DNA from: Bdellovibrionota bacterium | GTDB lineage: Bacteria; Bdellovibrionota; UBA1018; UBA923 | Assembly (NCBI GenBank): GCA_040754655.1 | Contig: JBFMCE010000061.1 | Span: forward strand, 1 to 23,606 | Reading direction: 5' to 3' | Length of the DNA stretch: 23,606 nt | Shown here: positions 1 to 12,829 of the stretch, in pieces | Layout: the number at the start of each line of letters is the position of its first letter | Numbering within the stretch: the first letter of the stretch is position 1 | Translations under genes and position numbers: made by a program | Notes under the pieces: model-generated | Seen by the model: only the letters and a program-made list of their open reading frames with translations | What the model was told of the DNA's origin: nothing | The model's database searches: none

Positions 1-12
1 CTTTTTTAAGGG

Positions 13-130
13 ATGGGGCATCGAGCTAGCTTTGCACAAGATCACTCTTGCACTAGGTTTGCCGCAGGCGGGCTTAACTGCTGAGTTCGGAATGGGATCA
101 GGTGTAACCCCGCCGCCATAGACACCCCAA
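13..130 (-). rRNA. rrf: 5S rRNA
   Basis: Reverse complement reads TTGGGGTGTCTATGGCGGCGGGGTTACACCTGATCCCATTCCGAACTCAGCAGTTAAGCCC...GATGCCCCA. It has the conserved CCCATTCCGAAC loop C, and helix I ends pair (GGGGUGUC/GAUGCCCC). Ends are approximate. Confidence 0.97.
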
Positions 131-147
131 AGTTTGTGACAGAAAAA

Positions 148-177
148 GACAGAATATGGCTAGTAGAGCAGACAAGC
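148..177 (-). promoter_or_regulatory. 3' arm of the 23S pre-rRNA processing stem (pairs with 3811-3840)
   Basis: 26/30 reverse-complement match to 3811-3840. Two of the four differences become G-U pairs on the minus-strand transcript. Confidence 0.85.
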
Positions 178-470
178 GATAAAGGAGCGAAGGTATGTTT
201 GGTGTTTGTTGTTTATAAACAACGGAACAACAAACAAGGAGAAAAAAACTAAACTACTAAGCAGGAACTAAATAAACAACACAAGGTATAGAAAAGGCGC
301 ATATATAATACGATTGATTGTATTGATTGGTATTGATCCTCACTCACGGACACCTCACATTATGACGTGTTCATGAGAGCAGGATTTACGCCTCTTTTTT
401 ATCAACTCCCCCAACTCTTCTTGCGTACTGCCTAAGCATGCAGAGGAGAGTGGAAGAGGGATAGAAAAAG

Positions 471-3534
<3,064 letters not shown>

Positions 3535-3810
3535 GCCTTTTCTATACTTGTATCGTTTAATTAGGATGAAGATTATCTCGTGCTCGATATTGATCACTTT
3601 TGTCTCAATTGATTACTCGAGAACAGATTATCTGTTTACCTCGCTAAAGAAGCTGCTCTCTACCCTTGCGCTAAAAACGCATGCCTTCGCACACGCCCTC
3701 TGCTCAAAAATATCAAGAAACCTCTTCGCTTTGTATTGATGTATTCATTTCTACTCTTCGCTATCTTTTCAACTACGCTCATTTATGTATGTGTTTATTC
3801 GCATAAACTT

Positions 3811-3840
3811 GCTCGTCTACTCTAATAGCCATATTCTGTT
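3811..3840 (-). promoter_or_regulatory. 5' arm of the 23S pre-rRNA processing stem
   Basis: Complementary to 148-177 and directly follows the spacer boxA on the transcript. Confidence 0.85.
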
Positions 3841-3851
3841 GTCAAAGATCA
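3839..3851 (-). promoter_or_regulatory. boxA antitermination element (16S-23S spacer)
   Basis: Minus strand TGATCTTTGACAA resembles the rrn boxA consensus TGCTCTTTAACA and lies upstream of 23S. Confidence 0.8.
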
Positions 3852-3923
3852 AAGTCACCCGGGCTTATTCCCTCTTCGTCTCGAAGGCTCCAAGTAACCC
3901 ATAAACTAAACTCAAAACTTTTT

Positions 3924-4000
<77 letters not shown>

Positions 4001-4045
4001 TCACTGTCTCTCTCCTCTGCCCCTTCTCTGGGCCCTAGGCGCGAC

Positions 4046-4070
4046 TTGTTCTCTCAAAACTAAATAGGGA
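4046..4070 (-). promoter_or_regulatory. 3' arm of the 16S pre-rRNA processing stem (pairs with 6110-6134)
   Basis: 22/25 reverse-complement match to 6110-6134, including an unbroken TCCCTATTTAGTT/AACTAAATAGGGA block. Confidence 0.85.
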
Positions 4071-4104
4071 AATAATGTCCAAAAAAGATCGAATAAACTG
4101 TAAG

Positions 4105-4135
4105 TAACGAATAATGAATAATGAATAATGAATAA
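4105..4135. repeat. Heptamer tandem repeat (TAATGAA)x3 plus one degenerate copy in the ITS
   Basis: TAACGAA TAATGAA TAATGAA TAATGAA TAA read directly from the sequence. Confidence 0.8.
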
Positions 4136-4290
4136 AAAAATGAACTCAGTCAAAATGTGCACCGTATAGACTTCGTTAATCACCCAAAACCCTGACCTTA
4201 TGAACTCCAAAACACTCTTCTTAAAACCCTAAGTAAACAAAACAAACGCTTCTGGTCCTAAAAATATATGAGCGCTCTGGTCTTTATCGT

Positions 4291-5859
<1,569 letters not shown>

Positions 5860-6109
5860 AATCTTTATAGCCTCACTGCTCTCTCTTCCTCTCTCTTTCT
5901 CTACGCCTCCCTCTCGGAGAGGGCGCATACAGAGAGTTGGATTCATTAACAGTGAGAACTAAATCCTGTCTTGTTTTTCTTCTTCTTAATTATTTAAGCT
6001 TCAGGAATTAACGACTCTCTCGCACTTCTTAACTTACTTCCTTTTTTACTTACTTACTTCCTTACCTCTATACTTACACTTCTTCTTCTTCTTCCTTCTT
6101 CTCATCGTC

Positions 6110-6134
6110 TCCCTATTTAGTTGTCAAAGAACAA
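6110..6134 (-). promoter_or_regulatory. rrn leader boxA (TGTTCTTTGACAA, 6121-6133) embedded in the 5' arm of the 16S processing stem
   Basis: boxA-like sequence nearly identical to the spacer copy. The arm is complementary to 4046-4070. Confidence 0.82.
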
Positions 6135-6241
6135 AACTTCGAGTCTTGGAGTAATGACATACTCAAAATCAAAAATCAATCTTCCAAAGACTCTTTTTTA
6201 ACTTTTTCTGCCGCACGTCTTTTAACACGACGTTAAAAAAA

Positions 6242-6317
6242 TGGTGGAGGTGAACGGGATCGAACCGATGACCTATAGCTTGCAAAGCTATCGCTCTCCC
6301 AACTGAGCTACACCCCC
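6242..6317 (-). tRNA. tRNA-Ala (UGC)
   Basis: GGGGGTGTAGCTCAGTTGGGAGAGCGATAGCTTTGCAAGCTATAGGTCATCGGTTCGATCCCGTTCACCTCCACCA: 76 nt, anticodon TGC, G3-U70 alanine identity pair, encoded CCA. Confidence 0.98.
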
Positions 6318-6483
6318 ATGCAGGGCAGTATTTAATTTTCAAGTGCTTCGGGTAATTAGTTCAGATGGCTCACTCTAGTCAACATGAATTTTCGAATTTG
6401 CACAGCAAAGTTGCTTTCTCACTTTCACGAGCCGACCTTGTCGCCTCTTCAAGCCGTCAAGACACAATCATACGGCCTTGCTT

Positions 6484-7716
6484 CTAGTCTTTGACTGTTA
6501 CTTTTAAGAATCCGCGCTTGCCTACTTTGAGCACGAAGCTTCCCTTATCCTTGAAAACAAATTTCGGATCAGAAATCTTTTCGCCATTCACTGACACGCC
6601 GCCCTGATCACAGAGCCTTCTCAGCTGAGAATTGCTCTCTGCAAGAAGAGGAACGGCGAGCGCAAGCAAGGAATTGACCGTAGAATGAGCTTTTGACAGT
6701 TCTACAACGATCTCTGGAACATTCTCAGGCACTCCGCCCTTGGCGAAAACCTTCTCAAACTCATCGGCCTGCCTGTCAGCCTCAATTTTGGAATGAAAAC
6801 GCGAGACGATAATCTTCGCAAGGTTGATCTTTGCAGCTTTAGGATGAAGCGTTCCGTCCTTTAAATCGTGCTTTAGTTTTTCAAAGTCGCTAAAGCCCAT
6901 TCCTCCGACGATTTCATAATACCGCACCATGAGGTCATCAGAGATCCTCATCACCTTTCCAAACATGTCTTTCGGGCCTTCATTGATGCCGATGTAATTG
7001 CCCAAGGACTTGCTCATCTTATTCACTCCATCGATGCCTTCGAGCAACGGGCCCATGATGATGGTCTGAGGAGTTTGGTCGTGCATGCGCTGAAGCTCGC
7101 GCCCAACCAAGAGGTTGAACTTCTGGTCAGTACCCCCCAATTCGACATCAGCTTTCATGGCCACTGAATCGTATCCCTGGAGCAGCGGATAGAGAAACTC
7201 GTGTATGGAAATGGGTTGAGAGTCTTTGAACCGTTTCGAAAAATCGTCTCGTTCAAGCATGCGCGCTACCGTATGCGTGGCCATGAGTTTGATCATCTCG
7301 ACGGGGGTTAGCTTCCCCAGCCATTGGCTATTGAAGACAATCTTAGTGCGTTGTGGATCTAAAACTTTAAATACTTGTTGTTTATATGTTTCAGCATTTT
7401 CAGCTACTTCTTCCGGCGTGAGGGCTTTTCGAGTCTCGTTCTTTCCGGTTGGGTCTCCGATCATGCCCGTAAAATCGCCGATCAAGAAATAGATCTCATG
7501 GCCCATTTCCTGGAACTTCGCCATGCGGTTCAAAACGACAGTATGGCCTAAATGAAGGTCAGGAGCAGTGGGATCGAAACCTGCCTTGATCTTAAGAGGA
7601 ATGCCGGTTTCGTGAGATTTCTTGAGCTTCTCTTTGAGCTCGGCCTCTAAAAGAATCTCAGCGGCTCCCAACTTGATGGTTTGAAATGCCTCTTCTAAAT
7701 CCCAGCGCTTAGCCAT
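6484..7716 (-). CDS. tyrS: Tyrosine--tRNA ligase
   Basis: [13 protein letters not shown] (HIGH motif), [26 protein letters not shown], and a C-terminal S4-like domain ([16 protein letters not shown]...VGKR). Confidence 0.97.
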   Translation of the reverse strand: MAKRWDLEEAFQTIKLGAAEILLEAELKEKLKKSHETGIPLKIKAGFDPTAPDLHLGHTVVLNRMAKFQEMGHEIYFLIGDFTGMIGDPTGKNETRKALTPEEVAENAETYKQQVFKVLDPQRTKIVFNSQWLGKLTPVEMIKLMATHTVARMLERDDFSKRFKDSQPISIHEFLYPLLQGYDSVAMKADVELGGTDQKFNLLVGRELQRMHDQTPQTIIMGPLLEGIDGVNKMSKSLGNYIGINEGPKDMFGKVMRISDDLMVRYYEIVGGMGFSDFEKLKHDLKDGTLHPKAAKINLAKIIVSRFHSKIEADRQADEFEKVFAKGGVPENVPEIVVELSKAHSTVNSLLALAVPLLAESNSQLRRLCDQGGVSVNGEKISDPKFVFKDKGSFVLKVGKRGFLKVTVKD

Positions 7717-7732
7717 GAAACCCTCTTAATCA

Positions 7733-8545
7733 CTATAGAAAGCGTGAAACCCTTTTGATCGCAGTAGCCTGTCCTGATCGATCATCGACATCGATAATGA
7801 CCCCGTGAAGGCCCGGCTGTCCTTCGGCAGGCTCGTAGCGTTGCGGCATCTTGCTCAAAAAGCGTTGGATGGAGCGCTCTTTTTTCATGCCAATCACCGA
7901 GTCATAGGGTCCGGTCATGCCCGCATCAGTAATATAGGCCGTCTTTCTGCCATTTGAGCCCGTAAACAGCCTTTCGTCAGCAGTCTGGACATGCGTATGC
8001 GAACCTACTACGGCACTTACGCGCCCAGAGACATAGTGGGCAAAAGCCTGTTTTTCAGAACTCGCCTCGGCATGGAAGTCGACCAGGATGCAATTCACGT
8101 CTAACGAGCCAAACCACTCGATCCACTTGTCACCGACGGCAAAGGGATCGTCGAGAGGGTCCATATGCACGCGGCCCATCAGATTCAAGACCCCGAGGCG
8201 TGCTCGCTCTGACCCCCTGCCTTCCAGCACAGCATGTCCCTTTCCGGGCACGGGGAACACAGGATTGTCAGGGAAGTTTGCTGGCCTGATCAGGCGCCTC
8301 TCACGCGCCATGAACTCACCTACGTCCCTTTTGTCCCAGGAGTGATTGCCACCCGTAATCAAGTCGACGCCCGACTCCAAGAGTTCAAGCGCTGTCTTCT
8401 CATCAATGCCCAGACCTCCAGCCGCATTTTCTCCATTCGCAATAACGAACGTGAGGTTTTCAGTCTTGCGCATCTCGGGGACAAAAGCCCTGATCACTTG
8501 TCTTCCGGCATTTGCAACTACGTCGCCTAAAAATAGAACTCTCAT
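7733..8545 (-). CDS. ymdB: TIGR00282/YmdB-family metallophosphoesterase
   Basis: Start moved to the ATG at 8545 (MRVLFLGDVV; ATGA overlap with the upstream stop). Motifs: NGENAAGG, TGGNHSWD, DFHAEASSEK, GSHTHVQTAD, TDAGMTGPYDSVIG. Confidence 0.93.
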   Translation of the reverse strand: MRVLFLGDVVANAGRQVIRAFVPEMRKTENLTFVIANGENAAGGLGIDEKTALELLESGVDLITGGNHSWDKRDVGEFMARERRLIRPANFPDNPVFPVPGKGHAVLEGRGSERARLGVLNLMGRVHMDPLDDPFAVGDKWIEWFGSLDVNCILVDFHAEASSEKQAFAHYVSGRVSAVVGSHTHVQTADERLFTGSNGRKTAYITDAGMTGPYDSVIGMKKERSIQRFLSKMPQRYEPAEGQPGLHGVIIDVDDRSGQATAIKRVSRFL

Positions 8546-9132
8546 AGCCTTCTTCCAGTAAAGATTCTGTCTTCTGTTATCACACAATCGACTTGCCGGT
8601 CATGTTCTTCAAAGGGCAGCTCTTGCACGATCTGCATCTCATAGGCCAATCCGAGAAACCTCATAGTGCGCTGAGGGGCCTGCAACCCCCATTTCTTGAT
8701 CGCCCGGTCATAGAAGCCGGCACCGTAGCCCAATCGATGGCCACTCAAGGAAAAGGCAACCCCAGGAACCAATACGACATCCGGGACCGACGAAACTTCC
8801 TCCGTTCGCGGTTTAGGTTCGCCGATGCCAAACTTTCCCAGCTGGAGTTCCGACCAGTCTCTCACCGGGTAAAAAGCAAGTTCACTGCTTTCCACCTTCG
8901 GCAGAAGGCAGATCTTTTGACGGGCTTTGAAAAATTGAAAGAAAAGCCGGGTATCCACTTCGCCACGGATGGGGAAATAAAGCGCGGCCGTGGCGTAATC
9001 TTGGGGCAGTAAGGTTTGGTGGTTCTCTAAAAAGTTTTTATAAATTTTGTTTGAGCGAAGATCAATTTCACCTGCGCTCAAAGACTGACGCTGGCTTAGA
9101 AGCTTGTCGCGGAGCGCCTGCTTAGAAAGCAT
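8542..9132 (-). CDS. ygfA: 5-formyltetrahydrofolate cyclo-ligase
   Basis: KQALR N-terminus, YFPIRGEVD, GKFGIGEP, VPGVAFSLSGHRLGYGAGFYDR, EEHDRQVDCVITE. Confidence 0.93.
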   Translation of the reverse strand: MLSKQALRDKLLSQRQSLSAGEIDLRSNKIYKNFLENHQTLLPQDYATAALYFPIRGEVDTRLFFQFFKARQKICLLPKVESSELAFYPVRDWSELQLGKFGIGEPKPRTEEVSSVPDVVLVPGVAFSLSGHRLGYGAGFYDRAIKKWGLQAPQRTMRFLGLAYEMQIVQELPFEEHDRQVDCVITEDRIFTGRRL

Positions 9133-9425
9133 CAGGACTTTTGACCCGTGGTTCCTAAAAGGCCGAGGATTTTTTTCGACTTCTCGCCCACCTGAGCCTT
9201 GAATGCGTTCTGCTTCTCAACCGCGTCCAAGTATTTTTCTGCAAGGTTAAGCGCCACGAGGATCGCCGCATTGTACGGAGAGGGAGTTTTTGAACGCGCA
9301 AGGGCCTTCTCTAGATTTTCACTCACCAATTCCGCGATCTTTTCAACGCGTTCAGGCGAAGCGTCAGTATTGAGCAGGAAACTTTGATCTAAAATCCGAA
9401 TTGAGACCGATTTTTTGGATGCCAT
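9132..9425 (-). CDS. zapA: Cell division protein ZapA
   Basis: 97 aa. VSIRILDQSF beta strands, AAILVALNLAEKY motif and C-terminal coiled coil. Canonical position upstream of ygfA. Confidence 0.88.
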   Translation of the reverse strand: MASKKSVSIRILDQSFLLNTDASPERVEKIAELVSENLEKALARSKTPSPYNAAILVALNLAEKYLDAVEKQNAFKAQVGEKSKKILGLLGTTGQKS

Positions 9426-9485
9426 CTCTAAACGGTATAACTTTTATCAAGAAACTTAGTCAAGGGCTCAGGACCGACCTCTTCC

Positions 9486-10649
9486 TTAAGCAAGCCCTTC
9501 GAGAATCGTTTCAACAAACTCTTTTCCATCAAACGGAACAAGATCCTCAGGGCTTTCTCCTACGCCGATGAAAACGACTGGAACTTTCAACTCGGCCCCG
9601 ATCGCGATCACGATGCCACCTTTCGCTGATCCATCAAGTTTCGTGACAATGATTCCCGTCAAACCTAAGTGCTGATGAAACTCTCGCGCCTGATTCAAGG
9701 CATTTTGACCTGTCGAACCATCGACGACGAGCCAAATCTCATGCGGCGCACTAGACATTGCCTTTGACAGCACTCGTTTCATTTTTTTTAGTTCTTCCAT
9801 GAGGTTCAGCTTCGTATGCAACCTACCAGCGGTATCGATGAGACACAGATCAATGTTTCTGCTTTTCGCCGCTTGCACAGTATCAAAGGCAACCGCAGAC
9901 GGATCTGCCCCTTCTTTTTGAAAGACTCCTTCCGCGCCCACCCTCTCAACCCAAGCTCTCAGCTGCTCGACCGCGGCCGCACGAAACGTGTCTGCGGCGC
10001 CAACCAAAACTTTTTTTCCTTGAGACTGATACCGCTGGCAAAGCTTCGCCACCGTAGTTGTTTTTCCAGCACCGTTGACGCCCACGACCATCACCACGCG
10101 AGGCGTTTCCAGTGAACGCGCCTCGGTCGTGGGAGGCAATTCGGTGACTCTTGAAATATTGCCTGGCCCATTCATGACGGGAAGCTGGGAAATCAAGATG
10201 TCCGAGAGTTTATTTTTCAGCTCGGTGCGAGCGGGAAGTTTGAGGCCAAAGGACTTCCTGAGATCAGCGACCACTCTCTCGGCGAAATCAATGCCGACGT
10301 CGGCCGTGAGCAACACTTCCTCCATGTCGCCAAAAAACTGCTCACCCTGAGACCCAGAGAAAAGCTTGTCCATCGTCTGCTGAAAAAACGCCTTCGTGCG
10401 TCCGAGTCCTTCCGAAACTCTTTGTTTTTCTGTTCTCAGCGGAATAACGGGCGCTTTTTCAGGTAGCGGTTGAAGCAAATCCTCAGCAGGAACCGGAGCG
10501 GGCGCCTCTTGCTCTTGGGGCCGCGCCACTTTGACCGGAGGAGCTTCGGGAAGCCGCTGTTTCGGTTTCTTTCGCAGAGCAATCGCCAAAACCGTGACTA
10601 AAACAAAAAGAAAGCCACCTAAAGCATATAAAATTTCTATCTGTTCCAT
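9486..10649 (-). CDS. ftsY: Signal recognition particle receptor FtsY with N-terminal transmembrane helix
   Basis: GVNGAGKTTT, DTFRAAA, DTAGRLH, DGSTGQN, TKLDGSAKGG, IGVGE. Hydrophobic N-terminal helix followed by a Pro/Glu-rich linker. Confidence 0.96.
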   Translation of the reverse strand: MEQIEILYALGGFLFVLVTVLAIALRKKPKQRLPEAPPVKVARPQEQEAPAPVPAEDLLQPLPEKAPVIPLRTEKQRVSEGLGRTKAFFQQTMDKLFSGSQGEQFFGDMEEVLLTADVGIDFAERVVADLRKSFGLKLPARTELKNKLSDILISQLPVMNGPGNISRVTELPPTTEARSLETPRVVMVVGVNGAGKTTTVAKLCQRYQSQGKKVLVGAADTFRAAAVEQLRAWVERVGAEGVFQKEGADPSAVAFDTVQAAKSRNIDLCLIDTAGRLHTKLNLMEELKKMKRVLSKAMSSAPHEIWLVVDGSTGQNALNQAREFHQHLGLTGIIVTKLDGSAKGGIVIAIGAELKVPVVFIGVGESPEDLVPFDGKEFVETILEGLA

Positions 10650-10697
10650 ATGAAGAACCGTTTTTCATGTTTAGTCGATTCGTGCAATATCTTAGTT

Positions 10698-11231
10698 ATG
10701 AGAAAAAAGAGTCCCTTTCCGGGAAGCCTGCCGCTTTGGCTCCGGATCACCCTAGTTTTAGGGTTGCTGTCCTTTGTCTTCACAATCTTGGGAGCGATTT
10801 CGCCTTTTTTAATCGCACCCCTGCTTTTCTTGCTGCTGATCTTGTTTCCTGGGCCGGACGCCTCGCAGCCAAGGCTGGTACGCTTGATGCCTTGGCTCTG
10901 GACGATGGGATTTCTGATCGCGATCCTGCTGCTTCTTGCCCAAGAAACGGGGCATCGGATCTTTGGGCCTGATCTCGATCTTCCGAGCCGAACGGAAATG
11001 ATCGCGACCGTGGTTTTCTTTCCGGCGTTGATCTGGAGTTTTTGGAAGCAGCACCGCAGCTTTCGGCTAATCTTGATCTTTTCAACGGCGGCTTCCATTG
11101 GAATCCAACTGCAAGCTTATTTCGACGGAGCCCAAGAAACCAAAGCGATGCTTGAGCTCATCGGAAACTTGTCGGCTGAACTTATCGCCGCGATCTACGT
11201 CGGCTCAAAATACAAGGGCTCTAACCCCTAG
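10698..11231 (+). CDS. Hypothetical multi-pass membrane protein (~5-6 TM segments)
   Basis: Fills the gap between ftsY and the thiolase and has several long hydrophobic stretches. ATG 10698 (MRKKS...) is preferred because ATG 10650 abuts the ftsY start codon with no promoter space. Confidence 0.7.
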   Translation: MRKKSPFPGSLPLWLRITLVLGLLSFVFTILGAISPFLIAPLLFLLLILFPGPDASQPRLVRLMPWLWTMGFLIAILLLLAQETGHRIFGPDLDLPSRTEMIATVVFFPALIWSFWKQHRSFRLILIFSTAASIGIQLQAYFDGAQETKAMLELIGNLSAELIAAIYVGSKYKGSNP

Positions 11232-11235
11232 TTCG

Positions 11236-12432
11236 TTAAAGAGCTTCGACGATAACGGCGATACCTTGACCGCCGCCAATGCATGCGCTTCCCAAGGCAT
11301 AACGTTTTTTTCTACGCCGAAGCTCGTAAAGCAAATGCGCGGTGATTCGAGTGCCGCTGGCCGCCAACGGATGGCCGATCGCAATTGCACCGCCATTGAC
11401 GTTGGTGATCTCGCGATCAAGTTCCAACTCTTTCTCTACAGAGAGATATTGAGCGGCAAAAGCTTCATTCACTTCAACAAGATCCATTTGGGAGAGGGAA
11501 AGCCCCGCTCGTTTCAAAGCCTGCCTCGCCGCGGGCGCTGGTCCAATTCCCATGATGTGAGGCTCGACTCCGGCAATGCCGTAGGAGACTAGCCTTCCCA
11601 AAGGTTTTAGATTGTTTTTCCTCGCATACTCTTCGGTTGAGACCACCATCATCGATGCGCCATCCACGATACCGCTGGCGTTTCCCGCCGTGACCAATCC
11701 GTTTTGCTTGAACCCCGCCTTCAACTTCGCAAGAGCTTCGAGAGTGGTTGCGGGCTTAGGATGCTCATCTTTCTCGAAACGAACCGTCGTCCCTTTTTTA
11801 TCAGTAATGGAATAAGGCGAGATCTCATCTGCGAACGCGCCGGCTTCTTGAGCCGCTTTCGCGCGCATTTGCGAAGACAATGCGAACTCGTCCGCCTGAG
11901 CGCGAGTGATGCCGTACTTTTCACCCAGGTTCTCGGCTGTCATGGCCATCGAACAGCTGCAATACGTATCGGTCAAGGCAGCCGTCAGGTAATCTTCGAC
12001 CGGGGCATGTCCCATTCGATTGCCCCAACGCGCATTGCGCAGCACATACGGGGTAAGGCTCATGTTCTCAACACCGCCAACCAAACAAACCTTCGCATCT
12101 TCCGCCCACATCTGGTGCTGCGCTTCGACCAGGACTTGAAATCCTGAACCGCAGAGGCGATTCACGCCAAGTGCTGCGATCTCGATAGGAACCCCTGCTT
12201 TGAGCCCAATGTGACGAGCCACGCAGATCGCATCGCCGGTGGACTGCAGAACGTTCCCAACGATCACGTGCTCTACTTGATCTGCGCCGATCTTTGCCTG
12301 CTCAAGGGCGGCCTTCGCGCAACTTGCGCCCAGGTCAGAAGGATTCACGTCTTTGAGCCCTCCTCCAAAAGCCCCGAAAGGGGTACGCTTGGCGGACAAG
12401 AAAACAAGCCCTGAACCTGACGATTTCGTCAT
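11236..12432 (-). CDS. Acetyl-CoA C-acyltransferase (thiolase)
   Basis: RTPFG, NRLCGSG (catalytic Cys), GGVENMS, VTAGNASG, NEAFA, GGAIAIGHPL, CIGGGQG. Confidence 0.95.
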   Translation of the reverse strand: MTKSSGSGLVFLSAKRTPFGAFGGGLKDVNPSDLGASCAKAALEQAKIGADQVEHVIVGNVLQSTGDAICVARHIGLKAGVPIEIAALGVNRLCGSGFQVLVEAQHQMWAEDAKVCLVGGVENMSLTPYVLRNARWGNRMGHAPVEDYLTAALTDTYCSCSMAMTAENLGEKYGITRAQADEFALSSQMRAKAAQEAGAFADEISPYSITDKKGTTVRFEKDEHPKPATTLEALAKLKAGFKQNGLVTAGNASGIVDGASMMVVSTEEYARKNNLKPLGRLVSYGIAGVEPHIMGIGPAPAARQALKRAGLSLSQMDLVEVNEAFAAQYLSVEKELELDREITNVNGGAIAIGHPLAASGTRITAHLLYELRRRKKRYALGSACIGGGQGIAVIVEAL

Positions 12433-12761
12433 TTGTCTTTCTCCTCACTTGGAACTTTGTTCAATGCAATCTGATAGAGAAGGTCATAAGGATAAATGCC
12501 AGTCTTGTGTTTGTCATTCCACTCTATTTGAACGGCGTAACGTCCCACGGGTTCGACTCGCAAAGGCATGATATCAGTTCTTATCTGTTCTGCCTTCAAA
12601 CGCCGCTCGCGGGTCCATTCATCAACGCATTCCGCACAGCGGCAGTGGAATCGAAGGTTGAAAAAGGAGACCGGCGTGACTTCTCCATTGTTCCAGGCGA
12701 TCGTCATTTCAGAATTCGAACTTTTCCGAATTTGAGTGGGGACTAGGTTGTTTTTATCCAT
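12429..12761 (-). CDS. DUF971 (GBBH-like N-terminal) metal-binding protein
   Basis: LRFHCRCAEC and VGRYAVQIEWNDKHKTGIY motifs. ATG 12761 is preceded by the SD-like AAGAGG. ATGA overlap with the thiolase start. Confidence 0.88.
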   Translation of the reverse strand: MDKNNLVPTQIRKSSNSEMTIAWNNGEVTPVSFFNLRFHCRCAECVDEWTRERRLKAEQIRTDIMPLRVEPVGRYAVQIEWNDKHKTGIYPYDLLYQIALNKVPSEEKDK

Positions 12762-12829
12762 GGTTGCCTCTTTTTGTGTCACATCCCGACTCAATGGGCA
12801 AGTGTTGCCCGGAGAGGCGGCAAGCTGAT

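Noticed and set aside
3535..3923. Possible decayed tRNA-Ala in the ITS
   Set aside because: No T-loop (GTTCGA), D-loop or acceptor stem remnant found; only generic hairpins.
6318..6483. Possible relocated 6S RNA or T-box between tyrS and tRNA-Ala
   Set aside because: Only 166 bp, no long rod with central bubble, no T-box motif, and it lies downstream of tyrS.
10637..11098. Minus-strand ORFs overlapping the membrane protein gene
   Set aside because: K/R/S-rich antisense translations of a hydrophobic gene; the plus-strand ORF fits the gap better.
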